From: Candidatus Poribacteria bacterium
GTDB lineage: Bacteria > Poribacteria > WGA-4E > PCPOR2b
Assembly: GCA_965218095.1 (NCBI GenBank)
Contig: OZ244587.1
Coordinates: 1-64,000, forward strand
Length of the DNA stretch: 64,000 nt
Direction: 5' to 3'
The first letter of the stretch is position 1. Every line of letters begins with the position of its first letter. The position numbers and the translations under genes are program-made. Positions 29,750-41,670 of the stretch are shown piece by piece. A model generated the notes under the pieces. The model made no database searches. It was given only the letters and a program-made list of their open reading frames with translations, and was not told the origin of the DNA.

Positions 29750-31620
29750 ACGACTTGTGCTAGGTTCTGTTGACATTTGAGTATAAGGTTGTGGCATAAT
29801 AGAAGAATGATGCCAATAACCTTACCCGATGACCAATGGAATAAGATATACTCGTTTCTTCTAACTTGTCCCACCATCTATGTTGGCAACGAAGCGACAA
29901 CACGCCGCTTTATCGAAGCTGTTCTCTGGGCGACCCGTAGCGGTGCTCAATGGAGACTTCTGCCAGACACCTATGGTAAATCGAACACCCTCTATAAGCG
30001 GTTTGCTCGGTGGTGCGACAAAGGGGGCTTCACACAGATGCACCCCCACTTCGCCGCCGACCCCGATATGGAGTCGCTTATTGTGGACAGTACAATCATT
30101 CGAGCGCACCCGTGTGCGACGGGTGCCTTAAAAAAAAGGGTGGCACTGAAAACCAAGCGTTAGGCTGCTCTCGCGGGGGATTCAGTACAAAAATTCACAT
30201 CACAGTTGACGGCCTGGGTAATCCCCTAAGAATACATCTGACGCCCGGTCAAAGAAACGACATAGCGGAAGCAGAAGCGTTGATACTTGGATATAAAAGC
30301 GAGTATGTGATTGGAGACAAGGGATATGACTCCGACAATTTTATCGCGGTTATTGAGGCGAATGGAGCGATTGCGGTGATACCGCCAAAAAGTCATCGTG
30401 TTGACCAAAGAACGTACGACAAACACTTATACAAAGAGAGACATCGGGTTGAATGTTTCATTAACAAGATAAAATGGTATCGCCGCATCTTCTCTCGGTT
30501 CGAGAAGTTAGCTATCCGTTATTTTGGATTTCTCAGCTTTGTCTCTACTCTTATATGGCTCCCTTGAAATGTCAACAGAACCTAGTTAAAAGGCAAAGGA
30601 AGTGCTATCCTTTGAGAGAAGTTACTTATCTCGAATGAAAGAGAGGAAGCATTTCAATGGAGTTATGTCAAAAGCGGAGTGCCGCTTTCGCACAAGAAGG
30701 AATCACGTCGCTGAATCTCGAAGACTTGCTGAGTGTGAGTTTCATTGTTATTGATGATTTGTATGAACACCATTTCCCCGATGGAATGCCCCATCGGGGT
30801 GTCCCCAAAGCAACCTAGCCGACAGTGAAGTAATAACCATCGCTTGGGGCGGTGAGATGGTTAGCATTGATAGTCAACGGGTTGGTATAACCTTGTCAAA
30901 AAGGAGTTCTGCCATCTATTTCCGCATTTACCTGAGTGAACTCGATTTAATCGGCGGCGTCGTAATCTGTCGGGAGTAAGTGGAAAACTTAAACAAGCAC
31001 TCAACGATGAACTTCCGTTAAACGACATCTTCATTGTCGATAGCTTGCCTGTCCCCCTCTGTGACTTTAAACGTGCGCATTCTTCCACATCGCCTCTCAA
31101 GTGTCAGGACCTACGGGTATTGTGAAACCAAAGGATTGGGTACATTCTTAGGATTTCGCGTTCATCTAATCATCAAGGCGTACCCCTCGCTTTTTCCGTA
31201 CCCAATGCCAATGTTGATGAGCGGGAGGTACTTTCGACGATGTGTGAAACAGGCGATTATCCCCTGATAATTGGAGACAAAGGTTACATTTCAGACCCAT
31301 TGAGTGAGATGCTCCTTGAGTTGGATGGGATTCGCTTATTCGCTATCAAGCGTGAGAATCAGAAGTCACAACATACGCCACAACTCCGGCGGAATCTCAA
31401 TCGGATTCGGACACGAATTGAAACTACCATCAATCAACTCAATGCCCAGTTTCATCTCTGTCGAATCAGAGCGCGTTATCATTGGGGCATGTTGACCCGA
31501 ATTATTGATAAGCTAGCGGGGTTCAGCTTAGCAGTTTTGCTCAACCGCAGTCTAGGACGACCGCTTATGGAAATCAAAGACTTAGTTTTCGCATACCCTA
31601 TATCAACTAGCACAAGTCGT
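29750..31620 (+). mobile_element. IS982-family element (decayed transposase), left TIR interrupted by IS5 copy 3
   Basis: Termini ACGACTTGTGCTA[IS5]GTT and AACTAGCACAAGTCGT; 6-bp TSD TAGTTA; transposase fragments DSEVITI, LPE*TRFNRR, VDSLPV, GDKGYIS, RTRIET. Confidence 0.88.
29763..30582 (+). mobile_element. IS5-family element, copy 3 (orfA/orfB with A8 slippery site)
   Basis: Same TIRs and TA flanks; most diverged copy; orfA 29807-30163, orfB to 30567. Confidence 0.93.
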
Positions 31621-31792
31621 TAGTTAGCTGAAATTCAGCAATTTATCCACATACTCAAGTAGGAACTGTAAGATATTGATTTCGCAAATTTACCGGCGAT
31701 TGTTCAGGAAACACTAAGCGTCCTTGAGAAAATGACAACCGTTCTGCACCCGACAGCAAGTTGACAAGATCAGGTTTCACTGAGACTAAAAA

Positions 31793-32884
<1,092 letters not shown>

Positions 32885-33236
32885 CGCGCGCGTTTCCATG
32901 CAGAGTGTGGGAAGGTTGGAAGCATCGCGGAAATTATGGCGAAGATCAAGCGGTTATAAAGTTTGCTCAGGCTGCGGGGATTGAGGAACGTTTGAGCAAA
33001 ATCTGCGAAAAGAAAGGGCTTGTGGAGAAATCATTTGTCTACTGCTTCAGCGCGGTGGCTGGGCACAGACGGGCAATTTCTATTACGCCATTGCGTTGTG
33101 CGACGACCCGCTTGCCTGTGTAGACCTTCCCAACCGCTTGCGTCAACGTATCCACAATTACGCTAACACGCTCCGCACCCGCCGCGCACAGATATTTCGT
33201 TCCATATCTGCATCCGCAATTGAATGAGGAGGTAAA

Positions 33237-33626
33237 ATGTTTCCGGCAGATCTAAAGTACATGGAAAGCCACGAATGGGCAAGACGTGAAGGAGATATTG
33301 TCGTTGTCGGTATCTCCGACTATGCGCAAGAAGAGATCCAAGATGTCGTCTATGTCGAACTTCCAGAGGTCGGTACAGCCATCGAACAGAAAAGAGAGTT
33401 TGGTGTAATCGAATCTGTCAAAGCTGCGTTTGATCTCTACGCACCCGTCAGTGGCAAAATTATCGAAATTAATGAAGAGCTCGAAGATGCACCGGACTTG
33501 GTGAACGAGGACCCCTACGGTGCAGGTTGGATGGTCAAGATCCGGATGCGGGATGCGAGCGAATTGGACAATATCATGTCTGTAAGTGAATATCAAGAAA
33601 TGATCGAGGCGGAAGAAAATGAGTAA
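33237..33626 (+). CDS. gcvH: Glycine cleavage system H protein
   Basis: SHEW, GISDYAQ, lipoyl site [16 protein letters not shown]. Confidence 0.97.
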   Translation: MFPADLKYMESHEWARREGDIVVVGISDYAQEEIQDVVYVELPEVGTAIEQKREFGVIESVKAAFDLYAPVSGKIIEINEELEDAPDLVNEDPYGAGWMVKIRMRDASELDNIMSVSEYQEMIEAEENE

Positions 33627-36573
33627 GACCATTCAAGCCCTAAATTTTACAGACACCTTCGTTGACCGCCATATTGGGCCCCGTCCGGAAGACGTCGAGT
33701 TAATGTTGGAGAAGATTGGGTACACCTCCCTTAATAAGCTGATTGAAGCCACGGTTCCAGCGGATATTCGTCATGGCCAGCCTCTAAACCTCGGCGAAAG
33801 TCGAACGGAGCATGAAATTCTTGCGGCGTTGAAAAAGATCGCGTCTCAGAACAAGGTCTATCGGTCTTTTATCGGGATGGGCTATTACAACTGTATTACC
33901 CCGCCCGTTATCCAACGAAACATTCTTGAGAACCCTGGGTGGTACACCGCATACACCCCGTATCAGGCGGAGATTGCCCAGGGGCGTCTTAAAGCCCTGT
34001 TAAATTTCCAAACGATGATCATCGACCTGACCGGACTGCCGATTGCCAATGCGTCGCTTTTAGACGAGAGCACGGCGGCCGCCGAAGCGATGGGAATGTG
34101 CCTTGCCATGAGTAAGCGTGGAGGCAGCAAGGCGTTTTTTGTTTCAGAGACGTGTCATCCGCAGACAATCGCCGTCCTGCGCACCCGCGCAGAGCCACTG
34201 GGGGTTGAGTTATTAGTCGGCGATCATCGCAATGTTGCGTTGGTACCTGCTCACATTTTGGGCGCGCTTGTGCAATACCCGTCAAGTGATGGTGCGATTT
34301 ATAATTATAACGATTTTGCCGAACAGATTCATGACGCAGGCGGATTGTTAGCCGTCGCTGCCGATCTCTTGAGTCTCACGCTGTTGAAGCCGCCAGGAGA
34401 ATTCGGCGCTGATATCGCGGTCGGATCTGCTCAACGGTTCGGTGTGCCAATGGGTTATGGCGGGCCCCACGCCGCTTGCCTTGCAACGAAAGAGGAATTT
34501 AAGCGTCGGATGCCGGGTCGAATTGCAGGGCTTTCGCGGGATGCCGAAGGTCAGTCTGCAATTCGCCTCGCGCTTCAGACGCGGGAGCAGCATATCCGAA
34601 GAGAAAAAGCAACGAGCAACATCTGTACAGCACAGGTGCTCCTAGCAGTAATGGCGAGCATGTATGCCGTTTATCACGGTCCCAAAGGGCTTCACCACAT
34701 TGCTAAGCGCGTGCATCTGCTCACCGGTGTCCTCCACGAAGGATTGAAGCGATTGGGATATTCAATCGGTGATGGACCTTACTTTGATACGCTCAGTGTC
34801 AATCTTGATAATGTCATCCTGAACAACAGTGAAGGATCTGTCAATCTCAATGATCTTTTATCAACGGCGCGTGCGAAGCAGATTAACTTCAGAGTTTTTG
34901 ATCGGGCGCGCATCGGCATTTCACTCGACGAGGCGACCTCAATTCAGGACGTTCGCGATCTCCTCAATGTTTTTGCGCTTGGACAAGCGCTTCCGTTTGA
35001 GGTCGAAGAGCTGATTTCTGAAGCGGTCCCGGCAATCCCTGAACCATTGCGGCGACAAAGCCCCTATCTCACGCACCCCGTTTTCAACACCTATCACTCC
35101 GAGACGGAGATGCTGCGGTACATCCACAAGCTCCAGGAGCAAGATCTGTCCCTGACCATGTCGATGATTCCACTTGGATCTTGCACGATGAAACTGAATG
35201 CGACCGCCGAAATGTTTCCGGTCACCTGGCCGGAGTTTGGTCAGCTTCACCCGTTTGCGCCCCTTGAACAGACGAAAGGATACCAAATCCTCTTTGAACA
35301 ACTCGAAACGTGGCTGTCGGAAATCACGGGATTTCCTGGTATCTCCCTGCAACCCAACGCCGGGTCACAGGGTGAATATGCAGGGCTTTTGGTTATCCGC
35401 AAATACCATCAGAGCCGAGGCGAAGGGCATCGAGATGTTTGTCTGATTCCGCAATCAGCGCACGGTACGAACCCCGCCAGTGCGGTAATGGCTGGTATGC
35501 GGGTGGTGGTGGTAGCCTGCGACACTGAAGGGAATATCGATCTCCCGGATCTTCGGAAAAAGGCGAGGGAACAGAGCCGGGAGCTTGCGGCAGCGATGAT
35601 TACTTATCCTTCGACCCACGGCGTGTTTGAGGAAAAGATCCGAGCGATCTGCGAAATCGTTCATCAGCACGATGGACAGGTCTACATGGATGGCGCAAAT
35701 ATAAACGCGATGGTGGGGCTATGTCGCCCGGGGGATTTCGGGGCAGATGTGTGTCACTTAAATCTGCACAAAACCTTCTGTATCCCTCATGGCGGGGGTG
35801 GTCCCGGAATGGGTCCGATTGGCGTAAAGGCACATCTTATCCGTTTTCTTCCAATACACCCGGTCGTCTCAGTCGGGGGAGAAGATGGAATCGGTCCGGT
35901 TTCAGCCGCCCCGTGGGGGAGTCCAAGCATTCTTCCGATCTCCTGGGCATACATTGGGTTGATGGGAGCCGAAGGGTTGAAGCGCGCGACTGAAATTGCA
36001 ATCTTGAATGCGAATTATGTCGCAAAATGCTTAGAATTCCAGTATTCGGTGCTTTATAAAGGCAGTCATGGACTTGTCGCGCACGAGTGTATCATTGACC
36101 TCCGTGAATTTCAAAAAACGGCTGGCATTGGGATAGCCGACATTGCCAAGCGGCTAATGGATTACGGTTTCCACGCGCCTACCGTATCCTGGCCCGTTGT
36201 CAACACAATGATGATAGAACCAACAGAGAGCGAATCAAAAGCTGAACTGGATCGATTTTGTGAAGCAATGATCTCTATCCGAAAAGAAATTGTCGAAATT
36301 GAGGAAAACCGGGCCGATCGTTCGGACAACGTCCTCAAGAACGCCCCACACACCGCAGCGCAAGTCATGAAAACTGAGTGGGCTCACAAGTATTCTCGGG
36401 AGAAAGCAGCTTTTCCTGCGCCGTGGACCCGCGAGTGGAAATATTGGCCCCCCGTTGCGCGAATTAACGAGGTTCTGGGAGATCGCAATCTGGTTTGTGC
36501 TTGTTCACCGATTGATTCCTATTCATCGCTCGTAAAGCATAAGAAGATGAATGTCAAACGTAAGAAGATATAA
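33619..36573 (+). CDS. gcvP: Glycine dehydrogenase (decarboxylating), single-chain P protein
   Basis: [36 protein letters not shown] site [16 protein letters not shown]. Confidence 0.98.
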   Translation: MSKTIQALNFTDTFVDRHIGPRPEDVELMLEKIGYTSLNKLIEATVPADIRHGQPLNLGESRTEHEILAALKKIASQNKVYRSFIGMGYYNCITPPVIQRNILENPGWYTAYTPYQAEIAQGRLKALLNFQTMIIDLTGLPIANASLLDESTAAAEAMGMCLAMSKRGGSKAFFVSETCHPQTIAVLRTRAEPLGVELLVGDHRNVALVPAHILGALVQYPSSDGAIYNYNDFAEQIHDAGGLLAVAADLLSLTLLKPPGEFGADIAVGSAQRFGVPMGYGGPHAACLATKEEFKRRMPGRIAGLSRDAEGQSAIRLALQTREQHIRREKATSNICTAQVLLAVMASMYAVYHGPKGLHHIAKRVHLLTGVLHEGLKRLGYSIGDGPYFDTLSVNLDNVILNNSEGSVNLNDLLSTARAKQINFRVFDRARIGISLDEATSIQDVRDLLNVFALGQALPFEVEELISEAVPAIPEPLRRQSPYLTHPVFNTYHSETEMLRYIHKLQEQDLSLTMSMIPLGSCTMKLNATAEMFPVTWPEFGQLHPFAPLEQTKGYQILFEQLETWLSEITGFPGISLQPNAGSQGEYAGLLVIRKYHQSRGEGHRDVCLIPQSAHGTNPASAVMAGMRVVVVACDTEGNIDLPDLRKKAREQSRELAAAMITYPSTHGVFEEKIRAICEIVHQHDGQVYMDGANINAMVGLCRPGDFGADVCHLNLHKTFCIPHGGGGPGMGPIGVKAHLIRFLPIHPVVSVGGEDGIGPVSAAPWGSPSILPISWAYIGLMGAEGLKRATEIAILNANYVAKCLEFQYSVLYKGSHGLVAHECIIDLREFQKTAGIGIADIAKRLMDYGFHAPTVSWPVVNTMMIEPTESESKAELDRFCEAMISIRKEIVEIEENRADRSDNVLKNAPHTAAQVMKTEWAHKYSREKAAFPAPWTREWKYWPPVARINEVLGDRNLVCACSPIDSYSSLVKHKKMNVKRKKI

Positions 36574-36640
36574 GAACAAAGCCCTCTTTTTACGTTTGAC
36601 GAGATTACATTTTACGAGCCCACGTTATTGAGTAAACAGG

Positions 36641-38023
36641 ATGAAAGCAATTATCATTGGTGCAGGGGAAGGTGGATTTCACACCGCGAAACTCTTGACT
36701 GCTGAAGATAATGATGTTGTTCTAATCGACCATTCAAAGGAGGCCTGTCAGCATGTGCAGGAGCAGTTGGATCTCCTGACGCTTCAGGGATCGGGGGCCT
36801 CGCCTGCTTTATTAAAGGAAGCCGGGATTGAAGATGCCGAACTTCTCATTGCTGTGACAAACTGCGATGAGATCAACATACTTGCGTGCTTGATTGCGGA
36901 TCGATACGGTGTTGCAACAAAAGTTGCGCGGGTCTCCAGCCCGGACTACTTTGCGAATGAAACGAACTTATCCCCGAAAGATCTCGGGATTGATCTGCTA
37001 ATTAATCCAGAACGGCTCTGTGCTGAGGAATTTTTTCACCTGCTTAATATCCCAGAAGCCCGTGAAATCGTAGAATTTGAAGAAGGGAAGGTCCAACTAG
37101 TCGCATTTAAAGTGAAATCCTTCAATCCCCTTCGAGGCAAACCCATGAGCCGCCTGGGCGATGAAGAACTGGTTTCCGATTCACGTCTTATGGCAATTAA
37201 GCGCAGAAGTGGTCAGACAATCGTTCCCAAAGGCGAAGATTACATTCTTGAAGGAGATGAAGTCTTTGCAATCGGCAGCCGTGAATCTACCACCAATCTG
37301 CTTGAGCTTTCGGGCGTTTCGCTGCATAAAGGGCTCAATCGCGTCATTATCGCCGGTGCGGGGCGGATCGGGATATACCTCGCACAAGCCCTTGAAGAAA
37401 ACGGCACACAGGTCAAAATGATTGAGGCGAATCGCAACATCGCCGAAGCTGCATCGATGATTCTGAAAAAAACGACGGTCTTACATGGTGATTACCTTAA
37501 CCCTGGTTTCTTGGAGCAAGCTGGCGTTGACGGCGTGGATGGATTTGTTTCCGTGACCGGTGATGATGAAGATGATATTATGGCTTGTGTGACTGCCAAA
37601 CAGAATGGCGCGGCCCGTGTTCTCGCCCTCGTTCAAAAACCGCGTTACTTGCCTATCCTTGCCGCTATCCCGACACTCGATGCAGTTGTAAGTCGCCACC
37701 TGACAGCAGTCAGCAACATCCTTCGTTTAATTCGTCGGGGGCAGATTGTCTCAGCGACGTCTTTACGAGAGATTGATGCAGAAGTCATCGAACTCGTTGC
37801 CGGGGTAAATTCAAAAATTGTCCACAAAACACTTATATCCTTTCGGGGGAAATTTCCTGATGATGCTTTGATTGGTGCAATTGTTCGACGTGATAAAGTC
37901 CTCGTTCCAACCGGAGATAGTGTCATCCAGCCGGGAGATCGCGTGATTGTATTCAGTATGCCGGATGCCATTCCCACTGTTGAGAAGTTCTTTGTAGGAC
38001 CAAACACCAAAACCTCGATTTAA
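36641..38023 (+). CDS. trkA: Trk potassium uptake protein TrkA
   Basis: Two RCK/NAD-binding units (IIGAGEGG; IAGAGRIG), 460 aa. Confidence 0.95.
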   Translation: MKAIIIGAGEGGFHTAKLLTAEDNDVVLIDHSKEACQHVQEQLDLLTLQGSGASPALLKEAGIEDAELLIAVTNCDEINILACLIADRYGVATKVARVSSPDYFANETNLSPKDLGIDLLINPERLCAEEFFHLLNIPEAREIVEFEEGKVQLVAFKVKSFNPLRGKPMSRLGDEELVSDSRLMAIKRRSGQTIVPKGEDYILEGDEVFAIGSRESTTNLLELSGVSLHKGLNRVIIAGAGRIGIYLAQALEENGTQVKMIEANRNIAEAASMILKKTTVLHGDYLNPGFLEQAGVDGVDGFVSVTGDDEDDIMACVTAKQNGAARVLALVQKPRYLPILAAIPTLDAVVSRHLTAVSNILRLIRRGQIVSATSLREIDAEVIELVAGVNSKIVHKTLISFRGKFPDDALIGAIVRRDKVLVPTGDSVIQPGDRVIVFSMPDAIPTVEKFFVGPNTKTSI

Positions 38024-38115
38024 TCAGGCAATTGACCGCCAGCCGTGAACGTAAGACAGAAAACGGTTCGTCGATTCGCCCATAAGTCATAAATCCACCC
38101 GCCCATGAGCCTGCT

Positions 38116-39612
38116 TTGAAGCTAAGATTAGTTCTGTATACACTCGGTAATCTCTTGATTTGTCTTTCCGCAGCGATGCTGTGTCCACTGCTTATTGCGG
38201 TTTACTACAGAGCGGCGAATGGCGAATCGGATCTGCGAGCGTTTATCTACTCTCTTCTTATCACAATTCTCGTCGGATTGGTGCTCCGTCTGACGACCAA
38301 ATCCAATCAAGAGCTGGGAAATAAAGAGGGGTTTGCTGTTGTCACATTAAGTTGGGCGGTGACGGCGCTGTTTGGATCGCTGCCCTATCTGTGCCATCGT
38401 GTATTCGAGGCGGCAGGGAGAAATTGGCTAGTTGAGTTCTCGTTTTGCTATTTTGAGTCCATGTCGGGATTCACGACGACGGGAGCAACCGTTCTCACCG
38501 AAATCGAGCATCTTCCCCATGCGATGCTCTTTTGGCGCAGCCTGACGCATTGGCTAGGGGGCATGGGGATTGTTGTCCTCGCGTTGGCAATCCTACCGAT
38601 GTTGGGTGTTGGCGGCATGCAACTTTACCGCGCTGAAGTCCCTGGACCTCAGAAAGACCGTCTGACGCCACGCATCGCGCAGACGGCAAAACTGCTCTGG
38701 GGTGTTTATGTCTTAATCTCCGCCATCGAAACCCTGCTCCTCTGGCTGGGAGGAATGACATTATTCGACGCCCTGTGTCACACCTTTGGTACGATGGCAA
38801 CCGGCGGTTTTTCGACCCAAAATTTGAGCATCGGTCAATACAACGGCGTCTACTTCGATGTCGTCATTATCATTTTCATGCTTCTTGCTGGAACGAATTT
38901 TTCCCTGCACTACCGTGCCTTACGCGGCGATCTCAAAGTCTACCTTCAAGACACAGAATTCCGTTTTTACTGCTTCACGCTGTGTCTCTGTACAGGCTTG
39001 ATCGTCTGGAATACGATGGCCACAAGAGTTGGAGAGGCTGTTGTCTATGATTCGTTTGGAACCGCCCTGCGTTACGGCTCTTTTCAGGTCGTATCCATCA
39101 TCACAACCACCGGCTACGGGACTTTCGACTTTGAGCAGTGGCCTACTTTATCGCAGTTTATTCTGGTCATTCTAATGTTTTTCGGTGGGTGCGCCGGTTC
39201 AACAGGAGGCGGGATGAAGCACGTGCGCTTTCTGCTCCTCATTAAACAAGGGTATATTGAGATCAAACGTCTGATACTTCCATCCGCCGTGCTTCCCATT
39301 AAACTTGGGGATAGGGTTGTTCCGCAAGAGGTGATGACAAACATTCTCGGCTTTTTTTTCCTTTTCATCGGTATTTTCGCGATTGTCGCTTGCATCATGG
39401 CAGCGTTGGGATTGGATCTGATTAGCGCCGCCGCATGCACCATTGCAACCATGGGGAATATTGGTCCCGGTCTTGGATCTGTTGGTCCTATTGACAACTA
39501 TGCGCATATCCCCACCCCTGGAAAATTTATCCTCTGTTTCTGCATGTTGCTGGGACGCTTAGAACTGTATACCGTGCTGGTTTTATTTGCTCCGGAGTTT
39601 TGGAAAAGGTAA
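38116..39612 (+). CDS. trkH: Trk potassium uptake membrane protein TrkH
   Basis: FESMSGFTTTGAT, WLGGMGI, ATGGFS, TTTGY, GGCAGSTGGGMK, GNIGPG, MLLGRLE. Confidence 0.96.
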   Translation: MKLRLVLYTLGNLLICLSAAMLCPLLIAVYYRAANGESDLRAFIYSLLITILVGLVLRLTTKSNQELGNKEGFAVVTLSWAVTALFGSLPYLCHRVFEAAGRNWLVEFSFCYFESMSGFTTTGATVLTEIEHLPHAMLFWRSLTHWLGGMGIVVLALAILPMLGVGGMQLYRAEVPGPQKDRLTPRIAQTAKLLWGVYVLISAIETLLLWLGGMTLFDALCHTFGTMATGGFSTQNLSIGQYNGVYFDVVIIIFMLLAGTNFSLHYRALRGDLKVYLQDTEFRFYCFTLCLCTGLIVWNTMATRVGEAVVYDSFGTALRYGSFQVVSIITTTGYGTFDFEQWPTLSQFILVILMFFGGCAGSTGGGMKHVRFLLLIKQGYIEIKRLILPSAVLPIKLGDRVVPQEVMTNILGFFFLFIGIFAIVACIMAALGLDLISAAACTIATMGNIGPGLGSVGPIDNYAHIPTPGKFILCFCMLLGRLELYTVLVLFAPEFWKR

Positions 39613-39707
39613 GACGTGATGCGTGAAACGTGAATGAACCGATGAATTGATACTTCGTTCCCATGCTCCGTGTCATTTTAACTGAATACGAATGGTGAGA
39701 GGGGAGC

Positions 39708-40250
39708 ATGATTGATTTCGTCCACCTTAACGTCCTGCGCAAGATACATGCACGACTGCATAACACAAGTGTGAATTGGGTCGTCACAGGGAGTCTCGGT
39801 TTTTCGCTTCAGGGCGTACCTGTTGAACCAAATGACATTGACATCCAAACCGATGAGGCGGGGGCTTATGAGATCGAACACCGCTTTTCAGATGCCGTGA
39901 TCAAAAAGGTGGAGTTCTCCTCTACCGAGCGGATTAGATCATACTTTGGTGCATTGCAAATTGACGGCATCAAGGTGGAAATCATGGGAGACATTCAGAA
40001 ACGGAGTGCGGATGGTGTCTGGGAGAGGGAGGTGGATCTGGTGCGTTATAAGCGAATGGTAGAGATTGAAGGCATGCAAGTGCCTGTCCTGTCTTTAGAA
40101 TATGAGTATCAAGCCTATCTGAAGTTAGGGCGGATTGAGAAGGCAGAGGTGTTAAGAAAGTGGTTGGACAGTGAACACGCCGCTTCGAACAATGCACTAC
40201 CTAACGAGGGCAAAGGAGAAGTTGAATCCGCTGATGTCCGTCAATACTGA
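39708..40250 (+). CDS. Nucleotidyltransferase-fold protein
   Basis: WVVTGS...DIDI Pol-beta-type motif; SD GAGGGGAG. Confidence 0.8.
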   Translation: MIDFVHLNVLRKIHARLHNTSVNWVVTGSLGFSLQGVPVEPNDIDIQTDEAGAYEIEHRFSDAVIKKVEFSSTERIRSYFGALQIDGIKVEIMGDIQKRSADGVWEREVDLVRYKRMVEIEGMQVPVLSLEYEYQAYLKLGRIEKAEVLRKWLDSEHAASNNALPNEGKGEVESADVRQY

Positions 40251-40941
40251 CAAGATCACAACCATCTCATTCGACGCAGACGGCACGCTTTGGGACTTTG
40301 AGGGGGTTATGCGTTACGCACTGAGGTGTACGCTGGATGAACTTCGTCGCCGGGTCCCTTCCATTCCTGATTCGCTTTCGATCGAAACGCTAATCGCTAT
40401 TCGGAATCAAGTTGCGGAAGAACGAAAGGGCAAAGCGACAAAGCACGAAACAATTCGGCTTGAAGCATTCAAACGGACGCTTGAATCTATTGAAAACTCC
40501 AATGACGATCTCGCTGCCCACCTCAACGCGGTGTATCTGAAGCATCGATTTGAGGACATCCAGCTCTTCGACGATGTGCTGCTCACCTTGAATGCCCTAC
40601 AAGGGCACTATCGTCTGGGACTTCTTTCCAATGGCAACACCTATCCAGAACGTTGTGGATTGGTGGGTCGGTTCCAGTTTGTCGTGTTCGCTCAGGACTA
40701 CGGGGTTCAAAAACCGGATCCGCGATTATTTGAGATTGCTATTAGGCAAGCAGGCTGTACGAAACGTCAGTTGCTGCACGTTGGTGACTCTTTCCAAAAT
40801 GATGTGATGGGCGCAAAACGAGCAGGTGTGAGATCGGTTTGGCTCAATCGTCATCGCCAAAATAACGATACGGGTATTCAACCAGATTTTGAGGTGTTGT
40901 CTTTGGTGGAATTGGCAGCGATCTGCGAGGAGTTGATGTAA
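40234..40941 (+). CDS. HAD family hydrolase
   Basis: FDADGTL, LSNGN, KPDPRLF, HVGDSFQNDVMGA. Confidence 0.92.
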   Translation: MSVNTDKITTISFDADGTLWDFEGVMRYALRCTLDELRRRVPSIPDSLSIETLIAIRNQVAEERKGKATKHETIRLEAFKRTLESIENSNDDLAAHLNAVYLKHRFEDIQLFDDVLLTLNALQGHYRLGLLSNGNTYPERCGLVGRFQFVVFAQDYGVQKPDPRLFEIAIRQAGCTKRQLLHVGDSFQNDVMGAKRAGVRSVWLNRHRQNNDTGIQPDFEVLSLVELAAICEELM

Positions 40942-40979
40942 TCTTTAACTGCTGTGATGTCTCACGTTTCTATTTCTTG

Positions 40980-41590
40980 ATGTTAAAATTTCTCTTATTA
41001 GGTTCTGTTGACATTTGATGGATTGAACCAATCTCCGTTCCGAGAGTCTTCGACCTGATGCACCTTGAGGCGATTTCGGATAACCGCCTGGGTTTTTGGC
41101 GGGTAGCGCGATGATTACAGCGTTTCCCGAATTCGCGATGGCGAAATGTCAACAGAACCTAGTACACACGGCTGCCACGATGGTTTGCCTTGGAGCGATT
41201 ACGCACAATCTCGCCATGATTGTTGGCTACTGGAGGGGACGATTTCGTCGTCCCCAATTAGAAAAGCTATATGCCAAAGTGGGCTTCATCGTCTTCCTTT
41301 GTACCTACCTTCTCGGTGGGATTGGGCTATATCCTTCCTTTCGCTATCGCGTACGCCCCGAATTCGATCAATCCCTTCGTTGGGCGACGGGATTATTTGA
41401 AATCAAGGAGCACTGGGCATCGCTTGCCCTGGTGCTCTTCATCATCTATTACCTGATGAGCCGAGCCATCGAGCCGAGTACCAATCAGCCACTCATCAAA
41501 ATTTACGTACTACTTGGCATATTCCTTTCAATCATTATCTGGTTTTCTGCCATTGTTGGATTTGTTCTTGTTTCTTACAGGTCAGTCTGA
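40980..41590 (+). pseudogene. Four-TM membrane protein with a MITE inserted after codon 7
   Basis: Removing 41001-41161 restores MLKFLLL-VHTAATMVCLG...; rest of the frame is open. Confidence 0.75.
41001..41159. mobile_element. 159-bp MITE with IS5-family TIRs
   Basis: GGTTCTGTTGACATTT ... AAATGTCAACAGAACC, TA flanks; core not similar to the IS5 interior. Confidence 0.9.
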
Positions 41591-41670
41591 AACGTAAAAC
41601 GTAAAATGTAATGCGAGGTCAGAAGTTCAAAGAATCCAGGAACTCATGAACTGATTCGTTGATTTATAAC

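Noticed and set aside
31627-31792. Glycine riboswitch upstream of gcvT
   Set aside because: No GGAGA...CCGAAG...CTCTCAGG aptamer consensus.
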